A DNA stretch of 34,302 bases from a virus (Duplodnaviria > Caudoviricetes), in the IMG/VR virus record IMGVR_UViG_3300020045_016612, positions 1 through 34,302 of that record, one strand, 5' to 3'. Shown piece after piece: positions 8,475-17,415 of this stretch (position 1 is the stretch's first letter; every line of letters starts with the position of its first letter). Below the pieces are notes generated by a model. That model saw only the letters and a list, made by a program, of their open reading frames with translations. It did no database searches and was not told the origin of the DNA. The position numbers and the translations under genes were made by a program.

Positions 8475-9316
8475 GGCCCATAAAGATTTTAGTAGCTATT
8501 CCGAATATGGGTTATACGCATGTGGAAGCTTATGGAAATCGTCTTGATAACTTCATGAGACTCGGGGAACTTCAAACCGAACGGGCCATGGTTTATAAAT
8601 TCGGTGATGTTTTAAATGAAATAGCGCCGGAGGTAAGGGACAAGGTTCTTTCCAAATATCTTGATAAGTATGGTTATTATATTAAGAATATTGGAGAAGA
8701 TATTTTTGAATTTTGGTTTCTCAATATTGGTCGGATTTTTACTCCGGCTGCGCGGGAAGAAGCGGCGAAAAAAGCGATAGAAAAAGAGATGGATTTTATT
8801 TTTTTCGTGGACGACGATATGATTTGTCCAAACGATTTGTTCTTGAAGCTGTATCGACACCACTTTATTGCGGACATTGTATGCCCATTGGCTTTTACAA
8901 GAAACGAGCCTCATCATCCTGTTATTTATGCGTGTCGAGAAGGTTACGATTCGGTTAACAGGTCAGATTATTTTATTAACGAAATCGTTATGAAATATCC
9001 AAAAGATAAGTTGGTTGAAGTTGATGCTTCTGGATTTGGCGCGGCGCTTATAAAAGTTGAAAGTATGAAGAGAATAGAACCGCCTTATTTTATGTGTAGT
9101 TCTGGAACGGGAGAAGATATTCTTCACTGTTATAAGATGAAAAAAGCCGGTGGTCGTGTTTTTGTTGATACGTCTGTAAAGATCGGTCATTTGGGTCATC
9201 CCAAAGTGATTACGGAAGAATATGTAGAAGAGTATCGGAAAAATACCGATAAGCATTATGTAACTCGGTATCCTGAGTTTTCAAAATATAACGCTTTAAC
9301 GCTTTTAGGAGAATAG
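8471..9316 (+). CDS. glycosyltransferase, GT-A fold (GT2-like)
   Basis: ILVAIP start, AAREEAA, DxD motif FFVDDDM, VDASGFGAALIK, GEDI, VDTSVKIGH; start at the ATGA overlap 8471. Confidence 0.88.
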   Translation: MRPIKILVAIPNMGYTHVEAYGNRLDNFMRLGELQTERAMVYKFGDVLNEIAPEVRDKVLSKYLDKYGYYIKNIGEDIFEFWFLNIGRIFTPAAREEAAKKAIEKEMDFIFFVDDDMICPNDLFLKLYRHHFIADIVCPLAFTRNEPHHPVIYACREGYDSVNRSDYFINEIVMKYPKDKLVEVDASGFGAALIKVESMKRIEPPYFMCSSGTGEDILHCYKMKKAGGRVFVDTSVKIGHLGHPKVITEEYVEEYRKNTDKHYVTRYPEFSKYNALTLLGE

Positions 9317-10558
9317 ATGAAGCCTTTAACAATAATAATCCCATCTTACAATAATGAGCAATATTTAACTCCGTGTGTCATTTCAATAATTAAGACGGGT
9401 GTTTTAGACAGCATGGCTGATTTGATTATTGTGAATAACGGGAAGCAGGATATTGAGAGACATTTTGGAGCGAATCCGGCGATAAGGATTTTAAATCCTG
9501 GGACGAATTTAGGTTGGGAAGGTGGCCTTGAACTCGGCCTTAAAGAATCCACGTCTCCTTTTGTTGTTTTTCAAAATGACGATACGTATCTTATTCCCGG
9601 AGGCGTCTTTTTTTACCAGCGTCTTTTAACCCGTTTTCAAGATGATAACGTCGCGGCGGTTGGTCCGGTGACAACGTGTGCTGGAAATATTCAGTCTATT
9701 TATCACCCCAGTTGCCCGAATGTCGGGACCGAAGTTTCTTTTCTTATATTTTTTACCGTTATGATGAGACGGAAACATATTGAAGCGGTAGGTGGAATTG
9801 ATACCACGCTTCCCGGTGGAGACGACTTGGATTTATCCTTACGTCTTAGAAAAGCCGGGTACAATTTGGTTGTCGACCCCGGCGCTTTTATTATTCATCA
9901 CGGATTTAAGACGGGTGAAAGAGTGAAAGGGGCGCCAGATGTAAAAGGCGGTTGGAATTCGATTGAAATGACGGATCGGACCAATCAGCATCTTATTCGG
10001 AAACATGGATTTAAAAATTGGTGGGGGATGATGAAGGGTCTTAAGTATCTTCCTTCTGAGCAGACTGCTCCTGATTTGGAAGGTGATTTGGTTCGAAGTT
10101 TTGTTAATGGGGACGAGAGAATTGTTGAACTCGGTTGTGGTCCGGCCAAGACAGTAGAAAGAGCCATTGGATTAGACCGAGTTCCTAAAGGAAGTGTTAT
10201 TCCTCATCTTCGTGGTGCTGTTTCAGTTGCTGATGTGGTTGCTGACGCTTCAGAGCCGCTTCCCTTTGAAGATGATTCTCAGGACGTAGTAATTGCTCGC
10301 CACTTACTTGAGCATATGCCAATGGAAATAAAGACGCTTCGACAATGGAAGAAAATAATTCGGCCCGGGGGGAAGTTGATTATTGCCGTTCCAGATCAGA
10401 AGGTGACAAATTCGATCCCTTTAAATCCGGAGCATTGTCGTGTTTACACGGCGGAAAGTTTGAAGGATACGATGGAGTTAATTGGTTTTAAAGAAGTGAA
10501 AAGTGAATCGGCCATGAACGGGGTTAGTTTCGTTGGTTGCTACGAGAGGCTAAATTAA
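9317..10558 (+). CDS. GT2 glycosyltransferase fused to class I SAM methyltransferase
   Basis: IIIPSYN, IIVNNG, FQNDD, GDDLDLSLRL..AGY; C-terminal VELGCG, LPFEDDSQDVVIARHLLEH, IRPGGKLIIAVP. Confidence 0.92.
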   Translation: MKPLTIIIPSYNNEQYLTPCVISIIKTGVLDSMADLIIVNNGKQDIERHFGANPAIRILNPGTNLGWEGGLELGLKESTSPFVVFQNDDTYLIPGGVFFYQRLLTRFQDDNVAAVGPVTTCAGNIQSIYHPSCPNVGTEVSFLIFFTVMMRRKHIEAVGGIDTTLPGGDDLDLSLRLRKAGYNLVVDPGAFIIHHGFKTGERVKGAPDVKGGWNSIEMTDRTNQHLIRKHGFKNWWGMMKGLKYLPSEQTAPDLEGDLVRSFVNGDERIVELGCGPAKTVERAIGLDRVPKGSVIPHLRGAVSVADVVADASEPLPFEDDSQDVVIARHLLEHMPMEIKTLRQWKKIIRPGGKLIIAVPDQKVTNSIPLNPEHCRVYTAESLKDTMELIGFKEVKSESAMNGVSFVGCYERLN

Positions 10559-10563
10559 TGAAA

Positions 10564-11034
10564 TTAAATAAACTTCCCATTTCGATTTCTTTTTCTCTTG
10601 GCCACCTCATCGACTTTGTGCAAGATATTGTGGTCAGATTTGGTTATTACAATCAGATTATTCATGGAGTTGTTAAGTCGATTCCCGTCAATATGATGAA
10701 CCATTTCTTTCGCGAGAAGTTTTCTACCTATTTTTTTCTGTGCATTATATCTATGTTCATAAACGCGGCTGGTCGTTCCTGGGACATATATCATTCTGTA
10801 TCCATTGTGAATATATTCTCCGCTAGATGTTCTTTTTTCTTCTGGAGATTTGTTTTTCCATCTGGATACAGCGCTACATTTTCTTCCGCAGTGGATTACT
10901 TCATGTCTTCTTGTTCTAAATTTATTTCCACAATTTACGCATGGGAGTTCAATAAATTTAAGCCAATGATGTCTAATAACTTTTTGAAACCATTCGCCTT
11001 TTATTTTTTTCCATTCCCCAGTGAATATAGCCAT
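10564..11034 (-). CDS. HNH homing endonuclease
   Basis: CVNCG...CGRKC Zn motif; YEHR...VHHIDGNRLNNSMNNL...H; AGGAGGG RBS on the - strand. Confidence 0.88.
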   Translation of the reverse strand: MAIFTGEWKKIKGEWFQKVIRHHWLKFIELPCVNCGNKFRTRRHEVIHCGRKCSAVSRWKNKSPEEKRTSSGEYIHNGYRMIYVPGTTSRVYEHRYNAQKKIGRKLLAKEMVHHIDGNRLNNSMNNLIVITKSDHNILHKVDEVAKRKRNRNGKFI

Positions 11035-11075
11035 TTGCCCTCCTATCCTATTATTGCGAGGTTATCATAAATAAA

Positions 11076-12014
11076 ATGAGAATAGCGATATATTATGATA
11101 TCTTTCCAGAAACAAACTGGAGAAACGATGGAAACGCCGTCTATGCATGGGCCGCACTTAAACGAAGACAAGACCTCAAACTTTTAGAAATAGATCATTT
11201 GGCCCCCAAAGAAGACGTATCCGCTTTCGGAAAATACGATTTAAATCTCGATGTTGACTGGGGCGAAGACGGTCTTTTTCCGATTATTCCCTATAAACTG
11301 ATGGATATTCCCAAGCCGAATATTTATTGGGCTTCTGATACACATTTGGGATTTGATTATCGGTTAGAAAAAGCAAGGAAATTTGACCGTGTTTTCTGCG
11401 CCCAGAAACAAGCGGTCATTGACTTTGAAAAAGCGGGAGTCAAGGCAGAATGGCTTCCCCATGCTTTCGAACCACAGGCTTATCACGATATAGAAAACTT
11501 AGATGAAAATAGAATACCGCGTCCTTTCGAATATCTCTCTAGAGATCATGATATTGCTTTTGTGGGTCATGTTAATTCAGAAAACCGAGTGGAATTTTTA
11601 GATCGCATGTTTAAAGAGTTTCCCAATTTCTTTTTTGGTCAAAGACGTTTTCAAGATGCTGCTCGTATTTATAAAAAATCAAAGATTTGTATTAACGTTT
11701 CCATGAAAGATGATTTAAATATGCGTGTTTTCGAAGTCATGGGGGCCGGGGGTTTTCTCTTAACGGATTACGTTTCTTATATGGAAGAACTTTTTGAAGA
11801 TGGGAAGCATTTGGTTCTTTATCGTTCTTTAGACGAAGCGGTGGATAAAGCGAAATATTATTTAGCTCATGATGAAGAAAGGGACCGGATCGCTCAAGCG
11901 GGGCATGAATTGGTTATGAAGTATCATACGATAGATAAAAGAGTGGATCGAATTTTAGAAGTGTATAAAGACTTAACGTCGGTTACTCAGGAGGTAGTGA
12001 ATGCAAGTATTTAG
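11076..12014 (+). CDS. GT-B glycosyltransferase, CgeB-like
   Basis: YWASDTH, WLPHAFEP, DIAFVGH...R, SKICIN...DLNMRVFEVMGAGGFLLTD, LFEDGKHLVLY, RIAQAG...HT...R. Confidence 0.9.
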   Translation: MRIAIYYDIFPETNWRNDGNAVYAWAALKRRQDLKLLEIDHLAPKEDVSAFGKYDLNLDVDWGEDGLFPIIPYKLMDIPKPNIYWASDTHLGFDYRLEKARKFDRVFCAQKQAVIDFEKAGVKAEWLPHAFEPQAYHDIENLDENRIPRPFEYLSRDHDIAFVGHVNSENRVEFLDRMFKEFPNFFFGQRRFQDAARIYKKSKICINVSMKDDLNMRVFEVMGAGGFLLTDYVSYMEELFEDGKHLVLYRSLDEAVDKAKYYLAHDEERDRIAQAGHELVMKYHTIDKRVDRILEVYKDLTSVTQEVVNASI

Positions 12015-12585
12015 AATGATGGATTTACCGGATAAAGTTATTGCTTTTGATTCTCTTCCAGAAAGGTTTTTAAAAGGCTTTGAGCTTTGCCGAGCCGACG
12101 GTTTCCCTCGGCATTGGAAAGAATGGATGGGAAAAATTGATTTTGATATAAAAATTCCACCGGAGAAAGATTTTCTTACAGGTCAGGTAAGATATTTTGA
12201 GCCAATCAAGGAAAGAGATTCTTTCTTTTATTTGGTTGATCCAAATATCAATCAGTCAAATGACAACTGGAAAGAGATTTGTGAGTTCGTGAAACGGGTT
12301 GTTCCTCCAGAAGTTAAGTTAAGGGAAAAGATTGAAGACATGATGCTTCCTTTGGCTCAAAATAAGACCGATAGCGTCACTCTGGAGCCGGAAGAAGTAG
12401 TGGTTATCCCTATTCCTATTGAGTTTCAAGAAAAGGGAGAAAAGAAAATTATCGAAGAAAAGCCGAAAGGAGACTGGTTGAAATGTTCAGAGCCAGGTTG
12501 TTCGGCTGAGTTTGAAGGGTCTTATCGTAAAAACGCTCTTCGGATGCATGTGAATAAGAAGCACAAGAAAGTAGAAGTAGCTTAA
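12001..12585 (+). CDS. hypothetical protein with C-terminal C2H2-type zinc finger
   Basis: GGAGG RBS; CSEPGC...LRMHVNKKH. Confidence 0.65.
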   Translation: MQVFRMMDLPDKVIAFDSLPERFLKGFELCRADGFPRHWKEWMGKIDFDIKIPPEKDFLTGQVRYFEPIKERDSFFYLVDPNINQSNDNWKEICEFVKRVVPPEVKLREKIEDMMLPLAQNKTDSVTLEPEEVVVIPIPIEFQEKGEKKIIEEKPKGDWLKCSEPGCSAEFEGSYRKNALRMHVNKKHKKVEVA

Positions 12586-12597
12586 AATTATATCAAT

Positions 12598-12713
12598 CTA
12601 GTGGTCGGTTCATTACCGACTTGCAAAAGGTCCATACACCTACTAGGGCGACGGCGGCCGTATAGGGGCTGTCATTAATGGGGTAACTCATTTTTGATAG
12701 CCCCTATTCGTTT
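12598..12713 (+). ncRNA. candidate structured cis-regulatory RNA
   Basis: Three-way junction (12598-12646) followed by a long GTAA-capped hairpin (12662-12707) just before the RBS of the 12727 gene. Confidence 0.45.
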
Positions 12714-12726
12714 GTAAGGAGGATGT

Positions 12727-13116
12727 ATGAAGTTTCTTTTCCTAAGTTTAGTTGGTTTTTTTGCTGTTTTATTTGTGGAAGCGGCCCCCCCTGTTTCTGA
12801 AGCACCTGTAAATGGTTATGGAACACCGGTAACGGTGTCTATTTCGTCTACGACATTGACCATGGTTCCTACTTCTCAAACGTCCGGTCGAATTGGTATT
12901 TTCTTTGATAATCCTTCTACCAATACGGGTCGGGTGGTTGGGTTTTTTGGAAATTGTACTAGCACTTCTTTAGCCGCAACCATTCGTCCTATCGAAATCG
13001 CCCCAGGGACTAATAGTTCTTACTTTCCTATCCGCGAAGATGTTTGCCTCTGGTTAATTAATACGAATACGGGAGCTTCGGCAGAGAGTTCTCATTATCA
13101 GGAGGTAAAGCAATGA
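12727..13116 (+). CDS. small beta-rich virion-type protein with signal peptide
   Basis: AAGGAGG RBS; MKFLFLSLVGFFAVLFVEA-APP n/h/c regions; beta-sandwich-like mature part. Confidence 0.7.
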   Translation: MKFLFLSLVGFFAVLFVEAAPPVSEAPVNGYGTPVTVSISSTTLTMVPTSQTSGRIGIFFDNPSTNTGRVVGFFGNCTSTSLAATIRPIEIAPGTNSSYFPIREDVCLWLINTNTGASAESSHYQEVKQ

Positions 13117-13673
13117 GAAAGATATTTTTACTTCTTTTCTTAGCCGCTCCTTGTCTTATCTTTGCTTTAACTTATGATTCGGGGAGTGCCGGTTCGTCTT
13201 CTTCCGATAATGTCACGGTTGAAAACTTGACTGTTAATGGTAATACGGTTTTGGGTTCGAATGGAGCAGATACGTTTGATTTGAATGTTACGAGTGCGGC
13301 GGTAGATAACGCATTTGGACTTAACATTTCAACAACTACAAACGGATCTGGAACCTCAATTCTTATGTTGGATGGAGCCAATCGAAGAGTGGGCGTAAAT
13401 GATACGACTCCAGATGCAGCTTTGGATGTAGGAGGTTCGTTTCAGACTGATGGAAATGTAACTTTGGGAGATGCTGTGACGGATGTTGTTACATTCAACG
13501 CTCTTCCGACTCTTCCTTCCAATGCCGCTCCACGAACGAATATTACTCCAACGGTTGTCGGTCAACTGATTCTTAATACAGGTCCGACCCCAGATGAGAT
13601 TTGTTTTTCAACTGGTACAACACCAACGACCTGGGTACAGATTAGGTCTTCTATTACAGCGTGTAGTAATTAA
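13113..13673 (+). CDS. short fibre-like protein with signal peptide
   Basis: GGAGG RBS; MRKIFLLLFLAAPCLIFA-LTY; fibre motifs LTVNGNTVLG, RVGVNDTTPDAALDVGG. Confidence 0.7.
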   Translation: MRKIFLLLFLAAPCLIFALTYDSGSAGSSSSDNVTVENLTVNGNTVLGSNGADTFDLNVTSAAVDNAFGLNISTTTNGSGTSILMLDGANRRVGVNDTTPDAALDVGGSFQTDGNVTLGDAVTDVVTFNALPTLPSNAAPRTNITPTVVGQLILNTGPTPDEICFSTGTTPTTWVQIRSSITACSN

Positions 13674-13682
13674 GGAGGATTT

Positions 13683-14588
13683 ATGCAGTTTTCTAATTTG
13701 TATACAGAATTGGGTGATCGACTTCGTTCTTACGATTCCACAATTGCAAGTGATCTAACGAAGTTAAAACGTTGGGTCAATATGGGGCAGCAGTATATTT
13801 GTGGAAAGTATCTTTGGCCGTTTACGTTGGCCGAAGAGATTGTTCAGACGACCCCTGATATTACGACAGGGACGGTTTCAATTAATGCTTCTGATACTGC
13901 TTTAACATTTAGTTCCGCTCCAACGGTGAGTGTGGCTAATAGGTACATTCAGTTACAAACGACAAGTGACTGGTACAAGATAACAGCTCATACGGCTGCT
14001 TCGACGTCAGCAACGATTAGTCCAGCGTATGTGGGTTCGTCTAATTTGTCGGCTGGTACATACACAGTAAGGAAACTTCTTTATACAACGACTACGCCAT
14101 TAACCCAAATTCTCGATATTAAGCAGTTGGTTACCCCTGTTCGACTGATTAGTCAGAGTCCACGAAATACAGATTTTTTTCTTTCTCTTTATTACAGTGC
14201 GGGTGTACCCTATTATTACATCATGAGTTCTCCTAATTCTTCAGGAACGCCTCAGTTTTCTCTTCTTCCTTCACCTGACAGTACATCTAATCTTATGGTT
14301 CGTGGTGTTCAAAATCTAACTGATATGTCGGCGGATGCGGATATTCCTGTGATCCCAGTTCCTTGGCATGACGCGATTATTAATGTTGGCGCTTATTATG
14401 GTTTTCAAAGTCTTGACGATACGAGAGCGGATGCAGAGCTTTTGATTGCGGAAAAGAGAATTCAGGATATGAAGAACAATTATGTCCTAGATCCAGGTCG
14501 TTTACGAATCATGAATTCTATTGATAACGATTCTCAATATTCTCTTCAGTGGGCACTTCCTTCTGAATTTGGTCCTTGGGTGCCATGA
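13683..14588 (+). CDS. head-tail adaptor / tail tubular protein A-like
   Basis: MQFSNL..EL...LKRWVN...WPF N-terminus, inserted beta domain (TTGTVSI), LPSPD, D.P.IP.PWHDAII..A.Y C-terminus. Confidence 0.75.
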   Translation: MQFSNLYTELGDRLRSYDSTIASDLTKLKRWVNMGQQYICGKYLWPFTLAEEIVQTTPDITTGTVSINASDTALTFSSAPTVSVANRYIQLQTTSDWYKITAHTAASTSATISPAYVGSSNLSAGTYTVRKLLYTTTTPLTQILDIKQLVTPVRLISQSPRNTDFFLSLYYSAGVPYYYIMSSPNSSGTPQFSLLPSPDSTSNLMVRGVQNLTDMSADADIPVIPVPWHDAIINVGAYYGFQSLDDTRADAELLIAEKRIQDMKNNYVLDPGRLRIMNSIDNDSQYSLQWALPSEFGPWVP

Positions 14589-16117
14589 GTCGACGAATAG
14601 CTGAACAAGAGATAAACGATTTTTCCGGCGGTCTTCATTCGAATACGGCTGTTACAGAATTGAATACAAACGAGGCCTATGACTTAAGCAATATTGTCAT
14701 TGGACCTCATGGTGATTATTTCAGAACGAAGAACGGGAATACGTTATTTAATTCTTCTGCTATGAATAGTGGTGCCAATGTCCAGAGTTTGTCTTATTTA
14801 AAATTAATAGATGGAACTGATTTTTTGGTGGCGATTGCTGGAAACAAGATATTTAAGTCCGATAGTCTTGACGGAACGATGGACGATATTACTGGAGCCG
14901 TAACGATTACAGCAAATCAAAATAACATTTGGACATTTTTAACTTTCAATAATATTCATGTGGGGTTTGGTGGTCCAGCAACGAACCCGGATGCGCCGAT
15001 TCAATGGACCGGTTCGGGTAACGCGGCGGCTCTTTCGGGTACCCCTCCTTTTGCTTATGGGGCGGTTCAGTGCAACAATCGTGTTTTTGCTTTTAGGACC
15101 GCCGCTTCTCCTTCGATTTTACAATGGTGTATCTTAGGAAATCCACAAGATTGGACAGGAACCGGATCGGGTAGTCAAACCATATCCACAGCCGATAATG
15201 ATTCTATTACTGCGGTGGCTGTTATGGATAACAACGTTCTTCTTGTTTTTAAACAAACCACAGTTCATAAAGTTTTGGTTTCAAATTTGGTTAGCGGTGC
15301 TTTTCCTTCTTTTCTTCTTTTTCGAAATACCGGTTGTGCGGGAAAACATGCGGTCGTTGTAGCGGACGGTCTTTGTTATTACATCACAACTGACGGTAAA
15401 ATGAAAATTACTGATGGGGATAAAATCGTAGATGATATCACTCTTCCCCAATTAGCTTACGTGGATGATATTTGGTCATCCGTCAATCCAGCCAGATATG
15501 AATATATTCAGGGTAGAAGAGTTCGTGGAAGCGATTACGATCATATTATTTGGATTATTACTTCTACTTCGGCAGGAACAACAAATGATTTAGCGTTAAG
15601 ATGGGATATTAAGAATAAGTGTTGGATCAAAGATAAAACGGGTTTCAAAATGAATGTGATTACAACCACTTCATCTGATGCTATTTATACCGGAAATTAT
15701 GCCGGATTTATTTACAAACAGGATGTGGCAAGTGTAACCACGGAGGCATCAGAATCTTCTGCCAATATTAATAGTTATTGGAAGTCAGGTTGGTTCAAAT
15801 ATATTTCTTTCGACGTTTTTAAATCTATTTATGACGCTTATATTTCTTTTGTTACGCAATCAGATGGAAGTATTACGTTTTCGTGGGGCTATGACTTTAA
15901 TGATGAGGCGCGTTCTCAGACAATTAATCAATTGTCGGGAAATAGTTTCTGGGATCAGGCTTTATGGGATGTTGGTTTATGGGGTGGTCAGAGCGATAAA
16001 ATCGCTCACGTCATTCCCACAGGAAATGGCAGGGTTTTTCAATTTGCAATTCGCAATATGGATTTCAAGATGAAAATTAACAGTTTAAATCTTCTCGGTA
16101 AAAAGATGGCCAAATAG
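14585..16117 (+). CDS. tail nozzle / tubular protein B-like (beta-propeller)
   Basis: DFSGGL N-terminus, NRVF, NPQDW, LLVFK, GCAGKHAV, YWKSGW..K, WDQALWD; follows the adaptor; start at the ATGA overlap. Confidence 0.75.
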   Translation: MSRRIAEQEINDFSGGLHSNTAVTELNTNEAYDLSNIVIGPHGDYFRTKNGNTLFNSSAMNSGANVQSLSYLKLIDGTDFLVAIAGNKIFKSDSLDGTMDDITGAVTITANQNNIWTFLTFNNIHVGFGGPATNPDAPIQWTGSGNAAALSGTPPFAYGAVQCNNRVFAFRTAASPSILQWCILGNPQDWTGTGSGSQTISTADNDSITAVAVMDNNVLLVFKQTTVHKVLVSNLVSGAFPSFLLFRNTGCAGKHAVVVADGLCYYITTDGKMKITDGDKIVDDITLPQLAYVDDIWSSVNPARYEYIQGRRVRGSDYDHIIWIITSTSAGTTNDLALRWDIKNKCWIKDKTGFKMNVITTTSSDAIYTGNYAGFIYKQDVASVTTEASESSANINSYWKSGWFKYISFDVFKSIYDAYISFVTQSDGSITFSWGYDFNDEARSQTINQLSGNSFWDQALWDVGLWGGQSDKIAHVIPTGNGRVFQFAIRNMDFKMKINSLNLLGKKMAK

Positions 16118-16125
16118 GAGGCGGT

Positions 16126-17415
16126 ATGGCTGAAGTTGCAGTTACAAATACATTTGTTACAAACACAGTAATTAGTTCGTCGGCTGTAAATCAAAACTAT
16201 TCCGATTTGGTCACATGGTTGAACAACCGTTACAACGGAGTGGATACATGGTCGTTTGTGAAAGTATCTTCGACGGATACAAATCCGGTTGACATCATTA
16301 GTTCAGGGGCGACTACCGAGGTTTCGATTGATAATACTGCTACCGACGGAGATCCCGTTCTTTCTTTGAATCTTTCTGGCGTGTTGGCTTTCAGGTTTTT
16401 TGTCGACGATTCCGATTCTGACAAATTAAAGATGGCGGGAAGTAGTAATTGGGTGACAATAAATTCTTCCGGGGAAGTGGGAATCGGAACGGAGAATCCT
16501 GAATCGTATAACTCGAACTCTCGCAATTTGGTGATTGCGGACAGTGCCAGTAATGTTGGAATCGCTTTAAGATCCAATACGAACGCAGCCTGCATTGTTG
16601 CTTTTCAAGATGCAGAAAATACCACCGTTCAGGGTTTGATTCAGTACAACCATAGCGCTACGGCGACGAGTGAAACACTGGATATCCGTGTTGGTGGGGT
16701 TGATCTTTATCGTTTGGACGGTACGGGTCGTATGGGTGTTGGAACTCAGAATATGTCCAGTTTTAATACGAGTGCGGATAATTTGGTTGTGGCGTCTGGG
16801 TCGGGAGCGGTGGGGGTTACTATACGATGTGGCTCAGCTTCGACAAGTATTTTGGGTTTTGCAGATGCAGAAGGAACAACGCTTCAAGGACTCATTCAGT
16901 ACAACCACAATGCGACGGCCGCCAATGAAACCATGGTATTCCGTGTTGGAGAAACCGATTGGATTAACATTGATGGAAACGGAAATATTAACCAATTGGG
17001 AACGACCAAGACACAAGATGTGGGTACGTCCAGCCAAGCTTTTGATGATATGTTCGCCGATGATTTTCAGAATGTCGCTGATATCCCATTTTTTGATTTT
17101 GTTAAAGATCAACAGGGAAACCTAATAGAAGTAAATGACCTGGAAGTTATTAAGAGAATAAAACCTTTAAAAGACGCTCAAGGAAACCTTATTTTTAATG
17201 AGAATGGACATGCTTATTGGGATGACACTACCATTCCAGAATGGGTTTTTTCCAGAGATTCAGAAACGGGTGAGTTGATGAAAGATGCTGACGGGAAACC
17301 GTGGGTAAGTATGAAAGTTCTTTGCGGTCTTTCGATAGGTGCGTTAGGACAATTGATTAAAAGAGTCGAAAGAATAAAAGACGATGTTGATGTTCTTAAG
17401 ACAAAGGTGAATTAA
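16126..17415 (+). CDS. tail fibre protein with possible C-terminal chaperone domain
   Basis: N-terminal anchor FVTNTVISSSAVNQNY, two 85-aa VGIGT modules, C-terminal IPEWV...GALGQL coiled coil. Confidence 0.75.
   Translation: MAEVAVTNTFVTNTVISSSAVNQNYSDLVTWLNNRYNGVDTWSFVKVSSTDTNPVDIISSGATTEVSIDNTATDGDPVLSLNLSGVLAFRFFVDDSDSDKLKMAGSSNWVTINSSGEVGIGTENPESYNSNSRNLVIADSASNVGIALRSNTNAACIVAFQDAENTTVQGLIQYNHSATATSETLDIRVGGVDLYRLDGTGRMGVGTQNMSSFNTSADNLVVASGSGAVGVTIRCGSASTSILGFADAEGTTLQGLIQYNHNATAANETMVFRVGETDWINIDGNGNINQLGTTKTQDVGTSSQAFDDMFADDFQNVADIPFFDFVKDQQGNLIEVNDLEVIKRIKPLKDAQGNLIFNENGHAYWDDTTIPEWVFSRDSETGELMKDADGKPWVSMKVLCGLSIGALGQLIKRVERIKDDVDVLKTKVN
16477..16986 (+). repeat. two tandem 85-aa fibre modules (third copy at ~18096-18353)
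   Basis: (V/M)G(I/V)GT...S(Y/F)N....LV......VG......F.D.E.TT..GLIQY.H.AT...E....RV in all three copies. Confidence 0.85.

Noticed and set aside
10537-11070. 177-aa + strand ORF between the glycosyltransferases
   Set aside because: Antisense shadow of the - strand HNH gene, which has clear motifs and an RBS
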